Shown: positions 29,961 to 41,253, counted from the stretch's first letter. The stretch is DNA of 64,000 bases from an uncultured Methanosarcinales archaeon (GCA_964637115.1 CAZWVL010000006.1:1-64000), one strand, 5' to 3'. Translations and numbers: made by a program. Notes: generated by a model from the sequence alone, not told the origin.

Positions 29961-32012
29961 GTGCAGTCAATGTTCGAGTTTGGTTGGGTGGTATTATGGT
30001 ATATTGGGAGCTTGCTACTAGCACTCATATCTTTCCCTATAGCGTTTTATTTTTGCACGAAGCTGCCTGACAGGGGTTTTTCAATCTGCAGGATAACTGG
30101 CTTTGTGCTGGCAGGATTCATCACTTTCTTCTTGGGCTATCTAAAAGTTCCAGTAAATTTCAGCTGGCCTTTTTCATTATTAGTGCTGGCCGGATGTTCA
30201 TTCTGGATTGCGCGCAAACAATGGGCTGAGTTAAAGGCATTTGTTCATGAAAAAAGAAAGTTTTTGATATGGCTTGAAGTTGTTTTCCTTGTCTCGTTTG
30301 TCGCATTCTGCTTTGTCCGCTCCCTAACTCCAGCAATCAGCGGCGGAGAGAAGTTTATGGACTCGGGCATCTTCAATGCCGCACAAAGAACTGAAAAATT
30401 GCCAGTTTATGATTTCTGGATTTCTGGCGAACCGTTAAGGTATTACTGGTTCGGTCATTTGTTCTTGGGCAGGTTTTCAAAAATGCTCTTCACCCCTCCG
30501 GGATTTGGCTACAATCTCTCAATAGCACTGCTTTTTGCCTTGACTGTGCAGATTATGCTTAGTCTTGGCATTGCTCTTTCAAAGAAATGGTATTGGGCAT
30601 TATTCGGCATTGGCTACATTTCTATATTCGGCAACCTTGCAGGCGCGATACAGATTATTGCCACGCATTGGGAGAAGTTTGACTTTTGGTCGCCAACCAG
30701 AGTTATTGACGGTGCAATAGCAGGAACTATCAACGAGTTTCCATTCTTCACTTTCTTCTTTGCGGACTTGCACGCTCATCTTATTGCGATTCCAATGGTT
30801 TTGGCAATCGTGTATCTGTTCTATCAAATTTATCAGGAAGGAGCTACGAAAAAAAATAGCATCTTGACAACTATTCTTTTGGGCTGCATCCGTGTTACGA
30901 ATGCCTGGGACTGGCCGTCGCTGGTTGCCCTGCTTGGTATTCTCTTGTTTGCGCGCTGGTGGCAAAATGGAAGAAAAGAAGCCCTTTTGAAAAGTGTAGT
31001 CTTCCCATGGATTATCATAACTGGAGTTTCATTCGCTCTCTTTTTCGGATTCCCTCAGCCGCAGCCATTGAGCGTTAAGATAGCAACGCTTCATAGTAAA
31101 ATCAGTGAATGGTTGTTGGTATTCGGAGCATTTTTCTTCATTTTAACAGCATACATTCTCAGTAATTTCAAGTGGGCAGGCTGGGCGCTGCTAATCATGC
31201 TCCTTGTTACAATGTTCGCATTGAAAGTGTGGATTTGGCTATTTTTGTTCATCATATTGCTCATCTTTATTTTATTGTCAACAAAGCCTGACAAAGAATT
31301 ATCTTTCGGAATTCTTCTTGTCATTACAGCGTGCTTTATACTGATCGGAATGGAGCTAATTTACATCCACGACTGGCTTGCAAATTCGTGGCAGAGAATG
31401 AATACGGTTTTCAAGTTCGGCCTGCATTCATGGTATCTTCTGAGCATGGCAGCGCCTGTGCTTTTGGCGGCAGCGTGGAAAAACACAGAACACAAAAAAC
31501 TGGTGTTGAGTTGCCTTTTAGGGCTTCTAGTGCTCGCAGGACTTGTGTATCCTACTGTAATCATTGCCCAGCGCATTAAATGGGCGCCGGAATTCACGCT
31601 CTACGGCTTCAAAGAACTGTACCTGAGGCATCCAGGAGATTATGACGGCGTTATGTGGCTGGCAAGTCATAAAGACAATCCTGTAATCGTGGAAGCTCCT
31701 GGTGATGCTTACAATTACAATGGCAGAATATCCTCATACACTGGCCTGCCGACAGTAAGCGGCTGGCCCGGCCATCTGTTCCAGCACGGCATTCCCTGGG
31801 ATGTTATTTTCAAACGAAGAGAGGACGTGACGAAAATCTATAGCAGCACTAATATTGAAGAAGCAATGCCGCTGTTGAAACATTACAACGTCACGTACGT
31901 GTACGTTGGCGAGGAAGAACGCAGACAATTTAACTCAAGCAGTCTTGAAAAATTCAATGCACTTCCAAAGGCATTTGAGTCAGAAGGTGTGGTGATTTAT
32001 CGTGCCGGATAA
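29961..32012 (+). CDS. DUF2298 / Chlor_Arch_YYY membrane protein (putative GT-C)
   Basis: GGEKFMD, TINEFPFFTFFFADLHAH, NAWDWP, RMNTVFKF, GLPTVSGW.GH. Confidence 0.85.
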   Translation: MQSMFEFGWVVLWYIGSLLLALISFPIAFYFCTKLPDRGFSICRITGFVLAGFITFFLGYLKVPVNFSWPFSLLVLAGCSFWIARKQWAELKAFVHEKRKFLIWLEVVFLVSFVAFCFVRSLTPAISGGEKFMDSGIFNAAQRTEKLPVYDFWISGEPLRYYWFGHLFLGRFSKMLFTPPGFGYNLSIALLFALTVQIMLSLGIALSKKWYWALFGIGYISIFGNLAGAIQIIATHWEKFDFWSPTRVIDGAIAGTINEFPFFTFFFADLHAHLIAIPMVLAIVYLFYQIYQEGATKKNSILTTILLGCIRVTNAWDWPSLVALLGILLFARWWQNGRKEALLKSVVFPWIIITGVSFALFFGFPQPQPLSVKIATLHSKISEWLLVFGAFFFILTAYILSNFKWAGWALLIMLLVTMFALKVWIWLFLFIILLIFILLSTKPDKELSFGILLVITACFILIGMELIYIHDWLANSWQRMNTVFKFGLHSWYLLSMAAPVLLAAAWKNTEHKKLVLSCLLGLLVLAGLVYPTVIIAQRIKWAPEFTLYGFKELYLRHPGDYDGVMWLASHKDNPVIVEAPGDAYNYNGRISSYTGLPTVSGWPGHLFQHGIPWDVIFKRREDVTKIYSSTNIEEAMPLLKHYNVTYVYVGEEERRQFNSSSLEKFNALPKAFESEGVVIYRAG

Positions 32013-33438
32013 AGCAGAGAAATGGACAATCTTCATATTTGTGCTAATACTCTTGCTGGCGACCAGCCTGAGGCTCTATAACCTGCCATTACGCGCAATG
32101 CATCACGATGAAGTCTCAGGCCATCATACTTTTACAAATGACTTGTACACGCACAAGAAATATCATTACGACCCTGTTTATCACGGACCGCTTCTTTACC
32201 ATTTCATGGCATTGTCTTACTACATGTTTGGCATCAATGACATCAGCATCAGATTATCTTCTGCATTATTTGGCATTGCAATCCTGTTTTTGGTCTGGCA
32301 GCTGCGCCGTTGGGTAGGCAATGCAGGAATGCTGCTTATAGCTGCAATAATTGCAGTTTCCCCTGTCAACGTGTACTTTTCACGTTTTGCAATTCACGAT
32401 CCCTTGTTTGCGTTTTTCACTTTAGCAACAGTTTTGTGCATATTGCAGTTTATGAGGACGCCGACCAAGAAATGGGCGTTCATGATAGGAATCGCGCTCG
32501 GATTTGTGTTTACAGTTAAAGAAGCGTCATTTATCTTCGCCGGAATACTTGGTTTTTACGCTGCAATTGAATTGTTCTTTTTTAACAAGGCAACCACCAT
32601 TAAGACCAAGATAAAAACTGGCCTGCAAAAATTATATGATAACGAAAAACAGATTGGAATTGGCATAGTTGGCTTCCTCATTCCATTCAGCGTCTTTTAT
32701 TCATCATTCTTCCGTTTTCCTGGGGAAATACTCAAAGGCTTTACATTGCCTATTACAAAGTGGGTTGAGCTTGCAACAACTTGGAGCGGCCATTTCAAGC
32801 CTGCCTCATATTATTTCCATTTACTCTTCACGTATGAAATAGCAGCTATTGCTATTGGTGTTGTTGGCCTTGTAGTGTGCTGCTTTTATTTCAGAAAAGC
32901 GCCTTACTATCGGCTGATGATTGTCTGGATTGTTTGCAACACCGCAGCTTACTTTTACTTGAAATACAAAATGCCGTGGCTCTCAATGCACATTATGCTG
33001 CCTTTTGCAGTTGCTGCCGGCTTCGGCTTGCAGGCAATTTGGAATGAAAAGTGGAAATATGCAATCGTTGGTATTTGCGTCATTCTTTTGTCGCTTTCAT
33101 TTGCAGGTGCAGTCAAGCAAAGCTTCTATGATTATGATGATCCTTCAAACAAGGAGTTTGCGTATGTGCAGACTAACAGGGATATTTTCAGGATGATATC
33201 AGATGTAGAATCACGAAACAATAAAGAGCACGTCAAGGTTGTTTCGCCTGATTACACCTGGGCGATTTACTGGTATGGCGCGAGAAAAAACATTTCATTT
33301 GGCCATTATAAGGACATACCGAATGATTTAAATGGAAGAGTTATACTTTCAACATTCCAGTTAAATTTGACAGATTACAGGGTAGAAGATTACAATCTGG
33401 GGCATCACGGGATATATCACGGATATTACAGAAAGTGA
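32002..33438 (+). CDS. agl23: TIGR03663-like membrane protein (Agl23-like, GT-C fold)
   Basis: RAMHHDE..., YHYDPVYHGP, YFSRFAIHD, KE, YKMPWL..H, YVQT. Confidence 0.75.
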   Translation: MPDKAEKWTIFIFVLILLLATSLRLYNLPLRAMHHDEVSGHHTFTNDLYTHKKYHYDPVYHGPLLYHFMALSYYMFGINDISIRLSSALFGIAILFLVWQLRRWVGNAGMLLIAAIIAVSPVNVYFSRFAIHDPLFAFFTLATVLCILQFMRTPTKKWAFMIGIALGFVFTVKEASFIFAGILGFYAAIELFFFNKATTIKTKIKTGLQKLYDNEKQIGIGIVGFLIPFSVFYSSFFRFPGEILKGFTLPITKWVELATTWSGHFKPASYYFHLLFTYEIAAIAIGVVGLVVCCFYFRKAPYYRLMIVWIVCNTAAYFYLKYKMPWLSMHIMLPFAVAAGFGLQAIWNEKWKYAIVGICVILLSLSFAGAVKQSFYDYDDPSNKEFAYVQTNRDIFRMISDVESRNNKEHVKVVSPDYTWAIYWYGARKNISFGHYKDIPNDLNGRVILSTFQLNLTDYRVEDYNLGHHGIYHGYYRK

Positions 33439-35231
33439 CTATACAGATGAAAAAGAGAGTGTTAAAGCACATCAGAAAAGACTGGAAGACATATGTACTT
33501 CTTGCGTTGATATTAGCACTGGCAGCTGGGCTGCGATTTACAGGCATTGACTGGGACAGAGGGGCGCAGCTGCATCCAGATGAAAGATTCCTGGCAATGG
33601 TCACAACCGACATAAAATGGCCTGGAAACGTAACAGAATACTTCAGCACAAGCACATCGCCGTTAAATCCTGCAAATAAGGGCAAAACATTCTTTGTTTA
33701 TGGAACATTTCCGGTCTTTTTAACAAAACTGATCGGAGACTTGACAGGCAACGGGCATTATACCGCATACACTTTGATTGGGAGAAGACTTTCCGCAATT
33801 TTTGACATTCTAACTATACTCGCAGTGTTTCTGATTGCAAAGAACCTATTTGACAAAAAAACAGCACTACTAAGCGCTTTCTTCTTGGCAGTTACTGTTG
33901 TCCATATCCAACACTCCCACTTTTCAGTCGTTGACTTGTTCGCCACTTTTTTTGTTGTCCTTTCCTTTTATTTTCTTATCTTATATGTTAAAACCCAGAA
34001 AATAAGATATGCAGCATTGCTTGGAGCAAGTATGGGATTTGGATTAGCATCAAAAATAAACGCGAGTTTATTAGCGCCAATTATTGCCTTAGGACTGCTC
34101 ATTGTTTTCATAAATTTAATTAGGAATAATCTGAAATCGAAACATAAACTCTTCAAAGCAATCTTCCTGTCAGCACGTACTGTGATATTAGCAGGAATCT
34201 TCATCGTCATAATTGCCGGAATTATATTCCGCATTCTACAGCCCTATGCTTTTGCGGGCCCATTGAACTTGTCTTTCTCAGACAGTTTTATTCACAGCAT
34301 GCAGGAAGTGGCAAGATTAACGAGCAAAGAGAGCGGAAGCGGATATGTTCCATCATTCCAATGGATCGATAGGCCAGTATATTTTCTACTTAAGAATCTA
34401 ACACTTTGGGGAATTGGAATACCACTAAGCATAATCTGCTGGCTCGGGTTGCTCTACAGCATTTACCGTCTCATATTTAAGAAAGACTACAGACTGTTTT
34501 TAATGGTAACTTGGGTTGTCTTTATTCTTACATACCAGTCATTGAAATTTGTCAAAACACAAAGATACGTCCTGCCGGCGATTCCATTTCTGATGATCCT
34601 GGGAGCATTTTTTATAGTTTCCATCATACAATCTCATGAAAAATTGAAGAACAAACGCGCACGTTATTTCTGCAATACAATTATAACAATCGTGGTTATC
34701 AGCTGCCTCATCTGGCCCCTTGCATTCATGCAAATATACATTAACACACACCCAAGAATTGCAGCATCAATCTGGATTCATGAAAACATACCAGCAAACA
34801 GCACCAACACAATGGAACCATGGGATGACGCAATCCCATTCTATCTCGACTTCATGCCTCCAAGAAGAGACTACAAAACAATTAGTTTGGAATTATTTGG
34901 CGCTGATGATGACAAGAAAATGACCAAACTAAGCAAGCAGCTAAGTGGTGTTGACTATGTCTTCATCACAAGTGGCAGGAATTACAAAGTCCTTCCAAGA
35001 TTAGGCAATCTGCCATACATCACACGATATTATGAACTGCTGTTCAATGAAGAACTAGGATTCCAGCTTGAAAAGACATTTACAAATTACCCATCCATTT
35101 TTGGAATTGAAATAAATGACGACGAGTCCGAAGAACAGATAACGGTGTATGACCATCCCAAGGTTCTAATATTCAAGAATACCGAAAGACTGAGCAGCGA
35201 AGAAATATTCAACCGAATTACAGGCACATGA
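33435..35231 (+). CDS. GT39-like GT-C glycosyltransferase
   Basis: LHPDERFL.MV, SPLNP, FVYGTFP, QHSHF.VVD, RY.LP, YDHP. Confidence 0.85.
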   Translation: MTIQMKKRVLKHIRKDWKTYVLLALILALAAGLRFTGIDWDRGAQLHPDERFLAMVTTDIKWPGNVTEYFSTSTSPLNPANKGKTFFVYGTFPVFLTKLIGDLTGNGHYTAYTLIGRRLSAIFDILTILAVFLIAKNLFDKKTALLSAFFLAVTVVHIQHSHFSVVDLFATFFVVLSFYFLILYVKTQKIRYAALLGASMGFGLASKINASLLAPIIALGLLIVFINLIRNNLKSKHKLFKAIFLSARTVILAGIFIVIIAGIIFRILQPYAFAGPLNLSFSDSFIHSMQEVARLTSKESGSGYVPSFQWIDRPVYFLLKNLTLWGIGIPLSIICWLGLLYSIYRLIFKKDYRLFLMVTWVVFILTYQSLKFVKTQRYVLPAIPFLMILGAFFIVSIIQSHEKLKNKRARYFCNTIITIVVISCLIWPLAFMQIYINTHPRIAASIWIHENIPANSTNTMEPWDDAIPFYLDFMPPRRDYKTISLELFGADDDKKMTKLSKQLSGVDYVFITSGRNYKVLPRLGNLPYITRYYELLFNEELGFQLEKTFTNYPSIFGIEINDDESEEQITVYDHPKVLIFKNTERLSSEEIFNRITGT

Positions 35232-36052
35232 GAAAGCTTGAGTATTTGCTAAGGAATGAACCAGATATCGCATTTCGTAATCGGGTTAATTTTATCGTCA
35301 AAGAATTGAAATCAAAGTCAACTGACAAAATACTCGAAGTTGGATGCGGCAGAGGATTTATTCTTAATATTTTAAGCGAGCTTTATCCTGCAGAGTTTCA
35401 CGGAGTTGATATCGAGAAAGAGCATCTTGCAATAGCACGGAAGCAGCTCAAGGGCAGAAATGTAAAAATAAGATATGCAAGCGCGTACGGGCTGCCATAC
35501 TCAAACAATACTTTTGATGCCATAGTATTCACCGAGGTGCTTGAGCACTTAGAACATGAAGATAAGGCACTGAGAGAGATTTGGAGAGTTTTGAAGCCAA
35601 ATGGGAAGCTGGTTATGACTGTGCCAAACAAGAAATATCCTTTTTTATGGGATCCAATCAACAAAACACTTGAGACGGTATTCAACACGCACATCAAAAA
35701 AGGGCTGTTCTCGGGCATCTGGGCTTACCATGTGCGTTTATATGGCAAAGAGCAGCTAAAAGATGTTCTGCAGCGCAATAAGTTTCATGTCAAAACACTT
35801 ACTGGCAGCACTTATTTCTGTTTTCCATTTGCACACAACATAGTTTATGATATCGGCAAGACACTGATGGAAAAGAAAGCGCTGCCTGGATTTGTTGTGA
35901 ATTCCACACATAGATTTTCATATAACAAAAAGAAAAGCGCGCTAAACCCAATCAATTGGATTTTAGGCACGTTCGGTGCTATAAACAAGCTCAACAAAGA
36001 CAAAGATTTTAAAACGTCAGTATGTTTGCACGTTACAGCATATAAAAAGTAA
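35228..36052 (+). CDS. Class I SAM-dependent methyltransferase
   Basis: ILEVGCGRG, GVDI, LPY...FD, EVLEHL, RVLKPNG. Confidence 0.9.
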   Translation: MRKLEYLLRNEPDIAFRNRVNFIVKELKSKSTDKILEVGCGRGFILNILSELYPAEFHGVDIEKEHLAIARKQLKGRNVKIRYASAYGLPYSNNTFDAIVFTEVLEHLEHEDKALREIWRVLKPNGKLVMTVPNKKYPFLWDPINKTLETVFNTHIKKGLFSGIWAYHVRLYGKEQLKDVLQRNKFHVKTLTGSTYFCFPFAHNIVYDIGKTLMEKKALPGFVVNSTHRFSYNKKKSALNPINWILGTFGAINKLNKDKDFKTSVCLHVTAYKK

Positions 36053-36061
36053 AGGGATGGC

Positions 36062-37210
36062 ATGAGAATCTTATTTTTGTCGGAATATTTTCACCCACAC
36101 TGGACAGGACTGGCTAAATCAATTCTGAAGACCGCAATAGTATTGCAGCAGAAGGGACATACCTGTGCTGTTCTTACCACCAGGTACGATAAAACGCTTT
36201 CTACTTACGAAGTTTACAAAGAACTGCCTATTTATCGCTGCAGTCCATTATTCAATGTCAGCCGCACAAAATATTCGCTCAGCGTAATATTTAAATTTGC
36301 CAATATGGCAAAAAATTACGATCTTGTTTTCATCAACTGTCCCAACTCAAACGTCCTGCCTTTCACTGCAATTGCTAAACTTTTAGGAAAAAAAGTACTT
36401 ATTTTCCTAAATGGCGACCTCATACTGCCATCAGGGCTTGGCAATAGAATGGTGGAGAAGATTTTTGATGCCTCAATGCTTGCAAGCTGCCGACTGGCTG
36501 ATGTAGTATCCACGTATACAGAGGATTACGCACAGCACTCAAGAATCCTGAGCAAATTCATGCACAAGTTCAAAACACTTCTCTTACCAGTCACCTCTTA
36601 CGAAAAGAAATCAAGCAAGAGGATTGATATCCTAATGAAAAAAATAAGGTCTGAAAAGAAAGCAAAACTGCTTGTTGGCTTTGCCGGCAGATTTGTGGAA
36701 GAAAAAGGGTTTGATATCCTTCTTTCAGCCATTCCGTCGATCATAAAATTGCATCCGGACACCCATTTCGTCTACGCCGGCTCCGAAACCATTGCTTATG
36801 AAAAATTCTTTGAAGAACACAAAGAAAAATGGAATGCTGTTGACTCGCACATTACCAAGACAGGGCTGCTTGAGGGCGAAGCAGAAATGAATGCCTTTTA
36901 CGAGAATCTGGATTTGATAGTATTACCAAGCAGATCGGATTGCTTTCCGAACGTGCAAGTTGAAGCAATCGAGCACGGCGTTCCCATAGTAGTCAGCGAT
37001 ATTCCAGGAGCGAGGTGGCCGGTGAAAGAGAGCGGGTTTGGGAAGATAACTGAGCCTGAAAGCACTGATTCACTATCAGATTCCATCATTTATTGTTTGA
37101 TGAATAAAGAACAGCTTAAAGATAGGCGGAATTCGGCACAAAGGCTGTTGGACGGATCAATATTCTTTGAGCAGTTTCAGAACATTACGAAGGAATTGCA
37201 AATCAAATAG
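36062..37210 (+). CDS. GT4 glycosyltransferase (GT-B)
   Basis: GFAGRFVEEKG, LPSRSDCFPNVQVEAIEHGVPIVVSD. Confidence 0.9.
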   Translation: MRILFLSEYFHPHWTGLAKSILKTAIVLQQKGHTCAVLTTRYDKTLSTYEVYKELPIYRCSPLFNVSRTKYSLSVIFKFANMAKNYDLVFINCPNSNVLPFTAIAKLLGKKVLIFLNGDLILPSGLGNRMVEKIFDASMLASCRLADVVSTYTEDYAQHSRILSKFMHKFKTLLLPVTSYEKKSSKRIDILMKKIRSEKKAKLLVGFAGRFVEEKGFDILLSAIPSIIKLHPDTHFVYAGSETIAYEKFFEEHKEKWNAVDSHITKTGLLEGEAEMNAFYENLDLIVLPSRSDCFPNVQVEAIEHGVPIVVSDIPGARWPVKESGFGKITEPESTDSLSDSIIYCLMNKEQLKDRRNSAQRLLDGSIFFEQFQNITKELQIK

Positions 37211-37262
37211 ATTCGCCCTTAACTAGTTTTTGATAACTTTTTGCGTCAAATAATATGTACTA

Positions 37263-39227
37263 TCAGATACTTGACGGAAGACAATTTGAATTATTCAATA
37301 ACTCGTATGAAACAAACGTCTTTTCGCCTTTTCTATCATTAAAAGACAATAAACTTCCCCCTGGACATTCAGATTGAAGCTTGCTCAATTCTGCTATCCT
37401 ATGATTATGGAAAAATACAAAAATTCTCGGAGAATTGGTGATTGTTGATGGCGGACTTACTCGCCCATCTTGTAAAACATCAAAATAAGAATAATTATGA
37501 GTGGAAAGTATGAGTTTTGACGTCGGATGCGCTATATAGAAATTAGGTGAGTCGTAAAAGAACACAACAGTATTGTTTGGCAGCGACAAAGCGTGTTCAC
37601 TGATTTGGTACGCAAAGCGGGTATTCCAGTCCGTGAAATAATCCCCATTTGCATAATCATGGAAATAAAACCAAAGATTGTAAATTGATAATATGGCAAT
37701 AGCACCAAGCGCAAAAGTGACTAATAATTTTTTCCTAAGATGAAAAATCTTAGCCAGACTAAACATGCCTATGCTAACCCACGCGGCTACGGGAAAAGAA
37801 GTGGACAAAAGCCGCGAAGTGCTTACGCCGACCGTCAACGTGGCGCCTGCAAATACCACACCGATAAACACCATCAGTAAAATCAAATTGCGGGGTTTCC
37901 AGAAATTCACCAAAGAATATAGAAAGCCGATAAGAAATGGAACAAGACTCAGCTTATCCACAAGAGGGATCGGCGCATTATATCCGGGACCGTCTCTGTG
38001 TGAAAAGCCAAAGATTCCGAACGAATCCTTTATCCTGTTGGCGAAGATTACCAAAAAAGGCTTACCACTTGCTTCTTGTTGTTGCCACCATGATGACTTG
38101 AATATCAAATTGGAACTTGACGCCGTCATAAACTCATTTGGATATTTTGCCCAAAATAAGCCAAGTGGAAAAGCTGCAACAATTAAAGCAAGAAGAAACA
38201 GGCCTGAATAAGCGTAATGCTCTTTTAAAAAACCACGTCTCATGATGGAAACAAATGCCAAGAAAAAGAGAACAAAAGGTAGAAGTATTCTGGCACCGAC
38301 GTAAAAATATATGGCCATCCCTGTTGCGAGTCCAAGAAAAATGAAATCACTTTTCTTTCCATGAGCCATTACACGATAGGCAAAGTATAAACCAAGAGTT
38401 ACGATGAGCGGATCTCCAATAACATACATCCCAAATCTGCTGTAATGATGATGGAAATGGTATCCAACTAGATACAAAATTGCTCCGAACGCTATATATT
38501 TATCCCACATTTTCCTGAGGAATACATAGACCACTGGAAGCGTCAATGTTCCCAAAATAACTGATAACAGGCGCTGTGCAAATAGTGGTTCAAAAAAGTG
38601 ATGCGAAATTGCTAACGCATTAAAGTACATTTTTGGATGTCCCTGGATCCCTGACACAAACATGTTTTTTATGGAGTCTGGATTAAAGATCACTTCGTAA
38701 GCAATTGACGCCTCATCGCCAGCGAATGGACTTGGCAGGGTAGCCAAGTGTATAACTCGAATGACAAAAGCGACAATCGTGATCATACCAACGGCAAGAA
38801 TTTCCCAGCGGTGAAGGGAAATGCCCCTGGTTAAGCTATGCCAAAATTCTTTCCCATCTTGAAAATAATTTTTGAGCGCCCACAATGCAACGGACAGCAT
38901 GGCAACGAGCCACATAATAAATGGAACAGCGTAAGACTTCAATGTCGGTCCAACAACACTTAGCATTCCGACAACAATTGAAGTAACAGCCGCACAGGAT
39001 AAAAGGTACCATGCAAAGGAAAGGTTTCGAAAAAAGACAAAGAATTTAATGTTTGAAAACTCTCCTGTCAGACCGATTACAACAAAACAGGGTATAAGCC
39101 AAAGAAAATATGTCCATGCGGGCATGTTAACTACAATGAAACCGTATACCAGTGCCAAGCACACTAAAAGTAATAATACTGACTTATACAATATGGCGGG
39201 CCGCGCAACCAACTTTGACACAGACAT
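37263..39227 (-). CDS. GT-C fold glycosyltransferase; paralogue of 39277
   Basis: PSPFAGDEA, QGHP.MYF, HHHYSRFG, YFYVGAR, multiple TM segments. Confidence 0.82.
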   Translation of the reverse strand: MSVSKLVARPAILYKSVLLLLVCLALVYGFIVVNMPAWTYFLWLIPCFVVIGLTGEFSNIKFFVFFRNLSFAWYLLSCAAVTSIVVGMLSVVGPTLKSYAVPFIMWLVAMLSVALWALKNYFQDGKEFWHSLTRGISLHRWEILAVGMITIVAFVIRVIHLATLPSPFAGDEASIAYEVIFNPDSIKNMFVSGIQGHPKMYFNALAISHHFFEPLFAQRLLSVILGTLTLPVVYVFLRKMWDKYIAFGAILYLVGYHFHHHYSRFGMYVIGDPLIVTLGLYFAYRVMAHGKKSDFIFLGLATGMAIYFYVGARILLPFVLFFLAFVSIMRRGFLKEHYAYSGLFLLALIVAAFPLGLFWAKYPNEFMTASSSNLIFKSSWWQQQEASGKPFLVIFANRIKDSFGIFGFSHRDGPGYNAPIPLVDKLSLVPFLIGFLYSLVNFWKPRNLILLMVFIGVVFAGATLTVGVSTSRLLSTSFPVAAWVSIGMFSLAKIFHLRKKLLVTFALGAIAILSIYNLWFYFHDYANGDYFTDWNTRFAYQISEHALSLPNNTVVFFYDSPNFYIAHPTSKLILSTHNYSYFDVLQDGRVSPPSTITNSPRIFVFFHNHRIAELSKLQSECPGGSLLSFNDRKGEKTFVSYELLNNSNCLPSSI

Positions 39228-39276
39228 AAACAATGCTCAGAATTGCTTATAATATTTGCGGTTGCACCCAAACAAA

Positions 39277-41253
39277 CTAAGATATGACTGCTGGCAAGCA
39301 GTTGCTTCCATTAAGAAGTTCATATGAAGTGAACATAGATTCATTAAATTTATTCCTAAATATGTACACTGCCCCGCCAGGACAATCCTCCAGAAGATTT
39401 TTGAGTTCAGCGTCCCTGTAATTTGAAATAAAGACAAATACGCGTGGCGACAGCCCAGCTGGAGATGGTAGAGTCGTCCGACCTTCTTTATCTACATCAA
39501 AACCAGCATATTGATGCACTTGTATATAAAGAGCTGGATGCCCTATATACATACGGTCTAGGCCGTAAAAAAAGAAACTTGTATTTTTGGGCAAAGTGTT
39601 TATGTACTTTCCAATTTCTCCCGCTGCTTTGGTATTCCAATCACCATAATAATCCCCATTTGAATAAACATGAAAATAAAACCAAAGATTATACGCAACC
39701 AAAATGGAAATGAAACTCAAAACAAACACAAAAGCGTGAACCTTCTTAAAATTAAAGTATTCGGTAATGCGCTTCAATCCAAATGCGATCCAAATGCAAA
39801 TAACAGGTATTGTAGCAAGAAGTCTGTGCGACTCAATGGGCTTGTTTAAAGCGCCTCCGAGAACCACTGACGATACAAAAAGCAGCAACAAAACACAATG
39901 ACGTGTTTCTTTTATGCTTACAATTGATAAAATCAAACCCAGCAAAAAAAGAGCAAGACTGAGCCCATCCACAAGTGGGATTGGAGGATCGTAAAAACTA
40001 ATGCCACCTTCTTTCCTAAATCCAAACAAAAGGAATGCATCCTTAATCCGTTCCAAAATATCCTTAAAAATAGGGATGACACCAGTGTCTTGATCCTTAA
40101 ACGAACCTGCATTGAATACGCTAACAGTATTAAATCTGTTCATAAATTCATTTGGATGCATAAACCAAAAAGTTGCCAGCGGAAGGGCTACGACACAAAA
40201 AACGCAGATGGCCAGAATTAAATTAAGGATGTGCTTTTTCAAAAAAGTTGGATTTTTGAGAATGTAACACAAAAATAGAATGAACAGAACAACGAAAACC
40301 AACCTCGCGCCAGCATAAGCGTACACTGCAAGGCCGCTTATTAAGCCAAGCAGAACAAAATCACTTTTTTCTTGATTGTGAATAACGCGCCATGCGAAAT
40401 AGAGAGCAAGAACCATGATAAGCGGATCACCGATGTTATTCATTCCAAACCTGCTATAATGATTATGCAGATGAAATCCAACCAGGTACAAAGTGGCACC
40501 TACTGCCACTAATTTTCCAAAAAGCCTCCTAACAAAGATGTAGAAAAAAGGCACGGTCAAGGTGCCTATTAAAACAGCAGGCAAACGCGTAGTTAATTCA
40601 GGCCCAAAAAATCTGGCAAAGAAAGATAATAAGAAGAAGTACATAGTCGGATGCCCCTGCAAACCTGAGACGAACATATGTCTTAATGACCCCGCGTTTA
40701 CCGCCTGTGCCTGCATAGCAAAAGCTGCTTCATCGCCTGAGAAAGGCGCAGGCAACGTCGCAACACTTGCAAAGCGAATAATGAACGCTGCCAAAGTCAA
40801 CGCCAAAACAACAAGACATTCCAGCTTATTTTCAGAAATGAAAGAATACCATTTTTTGCCTCTGTTTTGCGAGTTTTGAAAATAACGAATCATAGCATAA
40901 GCAGCCAGAGCTGCTATGCTCGCAACCCAGAGATAAAAAAATGGCCAATAACTTTCAGGCGCAGAACCGAGAACAGTACTTGCAGTAGCTGTAAAGGAAA
41001 CCATTAGTGCACACAGTATAATGTCCCATACGAAGTCCACTTTGTTAATTTGATTTATCATAGAACTGAGTATTTTATTTTGACTCTTTGTGCACACGTA
41101 TGCAATGATCCGCACAAGTAATAAGACATTTATTAAAAGTGAAGGGTAAAAAAATACTGAACCGAGCTTGCGGGCAAACGTTAAACTAAATAGAAGCATG
41201 GCTACAAATAACAGCCCTGACAAAAAAATCTGTGTACTTGACTTATTGGACAT
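39277..41253 (-). CDS. GT-C fold glycosyltransferase; paralogue of 37263
   Basis: PAPFSGDEA, QGHPTMYF, HNHYSRFG, YAYAGAR. Confidence 0.82.
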   Translation of the reverse strand: MSNKSSTQIFLSGLLFVAMLLFSLTFARKLGSVFFYPSLLINVLLLVRIIAYVCTKSQNKILSSMINQINKVDFVWDIILCALMVSFTATASTVLGSAPESYWPFFYLWVASIAALAAYAMIRYFQNSQNRGKKWYSFISENKLECLVVLALTLAAFIIRFASVATLPAPFSGDEAAFAMQAQAVNAGSLRHMFVSGLQGHPTMYFFLLSFFARFFGPELTTRLPAVLIGTLTVPFFYIFVRRLFGKLVAVGATLYLVGFHLHNHYSRFGMNNIGDPLIMVLALYFAWRVIHNQEKSDFVLLGLISGLAVYAYAGARLVFVVLFILFLCYILKNPTFLKKHILNLILAICVFCVVALPLATFWFMHPNEFMNRFNTVSVFNAGSFKDQDTGVIPIFKDILERIKDAFLLFGFRKEGGISFYDPPIPLVDGLSLALFLLGLILSIVSIKETRHCVLLLLFVSSVVLGGALNKPIESHRLLATIPVICIWIAFGLKRITEYFNFKKVHAFVFVLSFISILVAYNLWFYFHVYSNGDYYGDWNTKAAGEIGKYINTLPKNTSFFFYGLDRMYIGHPALYIQVHQYAGFDVDKEGRTTLPSPAGLSPRVFVFISNYRDAELKNLLEDCPGGAVYIFRNKFNESMFTSYELLNGSNCLPAVIS

